Source: Centroscyllium fabricii (lineage: Eukaryota). Taken from it: 64,000 nucleotides of DNA. Made by a program: the position numbers and the translations under genes. The notes under the pieces are model-generated. The model was given only the letters and a program-made list of their open reading frames with translations, was not told where the DNA came from and searched no databases. Of this stretch, positions 62,143 to 64,000 are shown one piece after another. Position 1 is the first letter of the stretch, and every line of letters begins with the position of its first letter. The stretch lies in contig JBNRSN020000003.1 in assembly GCA_051313645.2 (NCBI GenBank), forward strand, positions 155,248,001 through 155,312,000, written 5' to 3'.

Positions 62143-63309
62143 CCGCCGGATCGTCTTATAATGAACTGTTCGATCCATTCACCCCCCCCCGGACTCAAAG
62201 TTTTTAAGAAGGGGTGAATGTGGTAACCGTTCTGTTCCACTGTATTCCACAGTTCCTATGTATTGCCATGACTGATTATGGGCTGTGCTGATGTTAAGCA
62301 CAGCCCAGTTTACTGTAATCTTGTTGGGAGCCAGGTCAGCCACACCCCCGACTCCTCCCCTTGTGGGGCTCTATATAGGTGTGGTCTGACCGGGGCTCCA
62401 CCCAGTTCTGTACAGTTATTCGTTGGGAGAGTAGCTCCATTATTTAGCAATTAAAAGCCTTTTAGTTTCGGTATATACTTGTCGCCTTTAATTGGAGTAA
62501 TCGACAACATTACACTCTCCTCTTTCAAAAATCATGGCACAAGCCGCAGCAGAGTTCCATAGGTACTGGCAACACTCCAGTTCCTTGCCCAAATGGCCAT
62601 TCTTTTGGGGCCTATGTAGCATGTATCGGCAAGCTATTTGATATGGCAGGCATTACAGCTGAGCTTGAGCCGAACTTTGCCCAATTTCCGTGTTTCCCAC
62701 TTTCCAACAGGACGCACTGGACCATTATTAAGATTAGCAACCCTGACCTCCTCCGCCCCCAAACTTGAGGACACTGAGACCAACTGTAGTGCCCACTAGG
62801 ATCCATTTGCATTGTTGCTTTACCAGGTTGGCTGTGGGGGTACTTTAATTGATCTCATTACACTTGCACTAGGTAGAGAGAAATTAGAGAAGGAGGTGTA
62901 TCCTCCTTTCAATTGATGAAAGTACCTATGTTTGTGGATGCTGAACACAAGTAAGAATGGGCTTGGTGAAATATCCTGCAAGGACTCACTGGGCTCATAC
63001 GTGAAGCATGGCCACGTTGGGGAGATACCAGAAGACTGCTGGCACATGAAGCCATACCCCAACAGAAGCTGCCAATTTAGGAGACCGTTGGAAGGGAAAA
63101 AATGAAATAAATGCTTTGGACATATTGAATGCAACCAATTTATAATAAGCTAAATGTAGAAAGCTATCCAGAAATTAAGAGGTTAAATAGTATTAGTTGG
63201 ATGTGGTGGTTTAGTACTAATTAAAAGGGATTCTTGGAGAGTCCTACAAGATGGCATAAAATTATTGTCCCTTACTTGATGAACTTTTAGTTTTACTGAT
63301 GCCTTCATC

Positions 63310-63885
63310 ATATTGTCCACCTCCATCCCCACCTCAACTACTGGAACGCTCATCCCTTAACCTCAACTCGTCTGCCACTGAAACCCCTATACATGCCTTC
63401 ATCACCTCCAGACTTGATTGCTCTTCTTTCCATCCTTCACCCACCATAGACATCAACTCACCCAAAACTCTGCTGGTTATATCCTATCCCACGCAAAGTC
63501 CCATTCGCCCATCGCCCCCATCCTTGCTGACCTATATTGGCCTCAACTTTAAATTTCTTCTTGTTGTTAAATACTTTAATGGTCTAGCCCATCCCTATCT
63601 CTGTAACTGCCTTCAGTCTTACCCTGCCTTTTATACATCCACTCCACCATTGATAGCTGTGCCTTGACCTGCCTAGGTCCCACCTCTCTAGAATTCCATC
63701 CCTAAACCCGTCACCTCCCTCTTCTCCTTTAAGAACCCCCTTAAAATCCAACTCCTTGACCAAACCTTTGTTCACCCTGCCTAGTTGTTTCTCCTTTGCT
63801 CAGCATCAGTTTTTCTCTGTGGAGTACTTTGTTTGGGTTGTTTGTTTTACATTAATAGTATTCTGTAAATGTATGCTATTGTTGT
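63310..63885 (+). mobile_element. L2 LINE 3' fragment (approximate)
   Basis: ETPIHAFITSRLDC motif and an L2-type tail. Confidence 0.7.
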
Positions 63886-64000
63886 TAAAGAAAGATCTTG
63901 CATTTATATAGCACCTGCCATGACCTCAGAATGCCCCAAAGCACTTTACACACACATTGTAATGTTAAAAGAAACAACAAACTTGCAGTTACAGGGGTAT

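Larger units (their letters stand above)
57453..62514 (+). mobile_element. Full-length Ty3/Gypsy LTR retrotransposon (Mag-like, double CCHC Gag), young but frameshifted in RT
   Basis: LTRs at 57453-57751 and 62219-62514 (TGT..ACA; 2 substitutions plus a 3-bp indel by eye); 5-bp TSD CTCTC; PPT aagaaggggtgaa 62206-62218; TATATA 57609; ATTAAA 57687. Confidence 0.93.

Overview
Vertebrate genomic DNA, most likely from a cartilaginous fish (HE1/V-SINE, SacSINE1-like DeuSINE and shark-type CR1 repeats). The window lies inside a + strand Groucho-family corepressor gene, TLE1. Seven internal coding exons (11112-51699) splice in frame and encode the GP, CcN and SP regions; the Q-domain and WD40 exons are not in the window. 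The introns carry two full-length Gypsy LTR retrotransposons with near-identical LTRs and TSDs but frameshifted ORFs. One is a CsRN1-clade element on the - strand (26465-30874, tRNA-Trp PBS); the other is a Mag-like element on the + strand (57453-62514). Also present: a solo LTR, CR1/L2/Rex1 LINE fragments, SINEs, a decayed Harbinger transposon with non-autonomous relatives, and TA-flanked Tc1/mariner-type MITEs. Main leads: (1) the Mag-like element has no tRNA PBS but has a perfect 14-nt complement to its own LTR in that position (Tf1-like self-priming geometry), plus a YLDN RT motif; (2) a MITE family has NRF1/YY1-motif-rich arms enclosing a different promoter/first-exon-like cargo in each of three copies (Pack-TIR-like); (3) there are two sequence-encoded routes to a short AES/Grg1-S-like TLE1 isoform; (4) a palindromic Penelope-type insert carries hammerhead ribozyme remnants. 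Family assignments come from recalled motifs, not database searches, and repeat boundaries marked approximate were estimated by eye.
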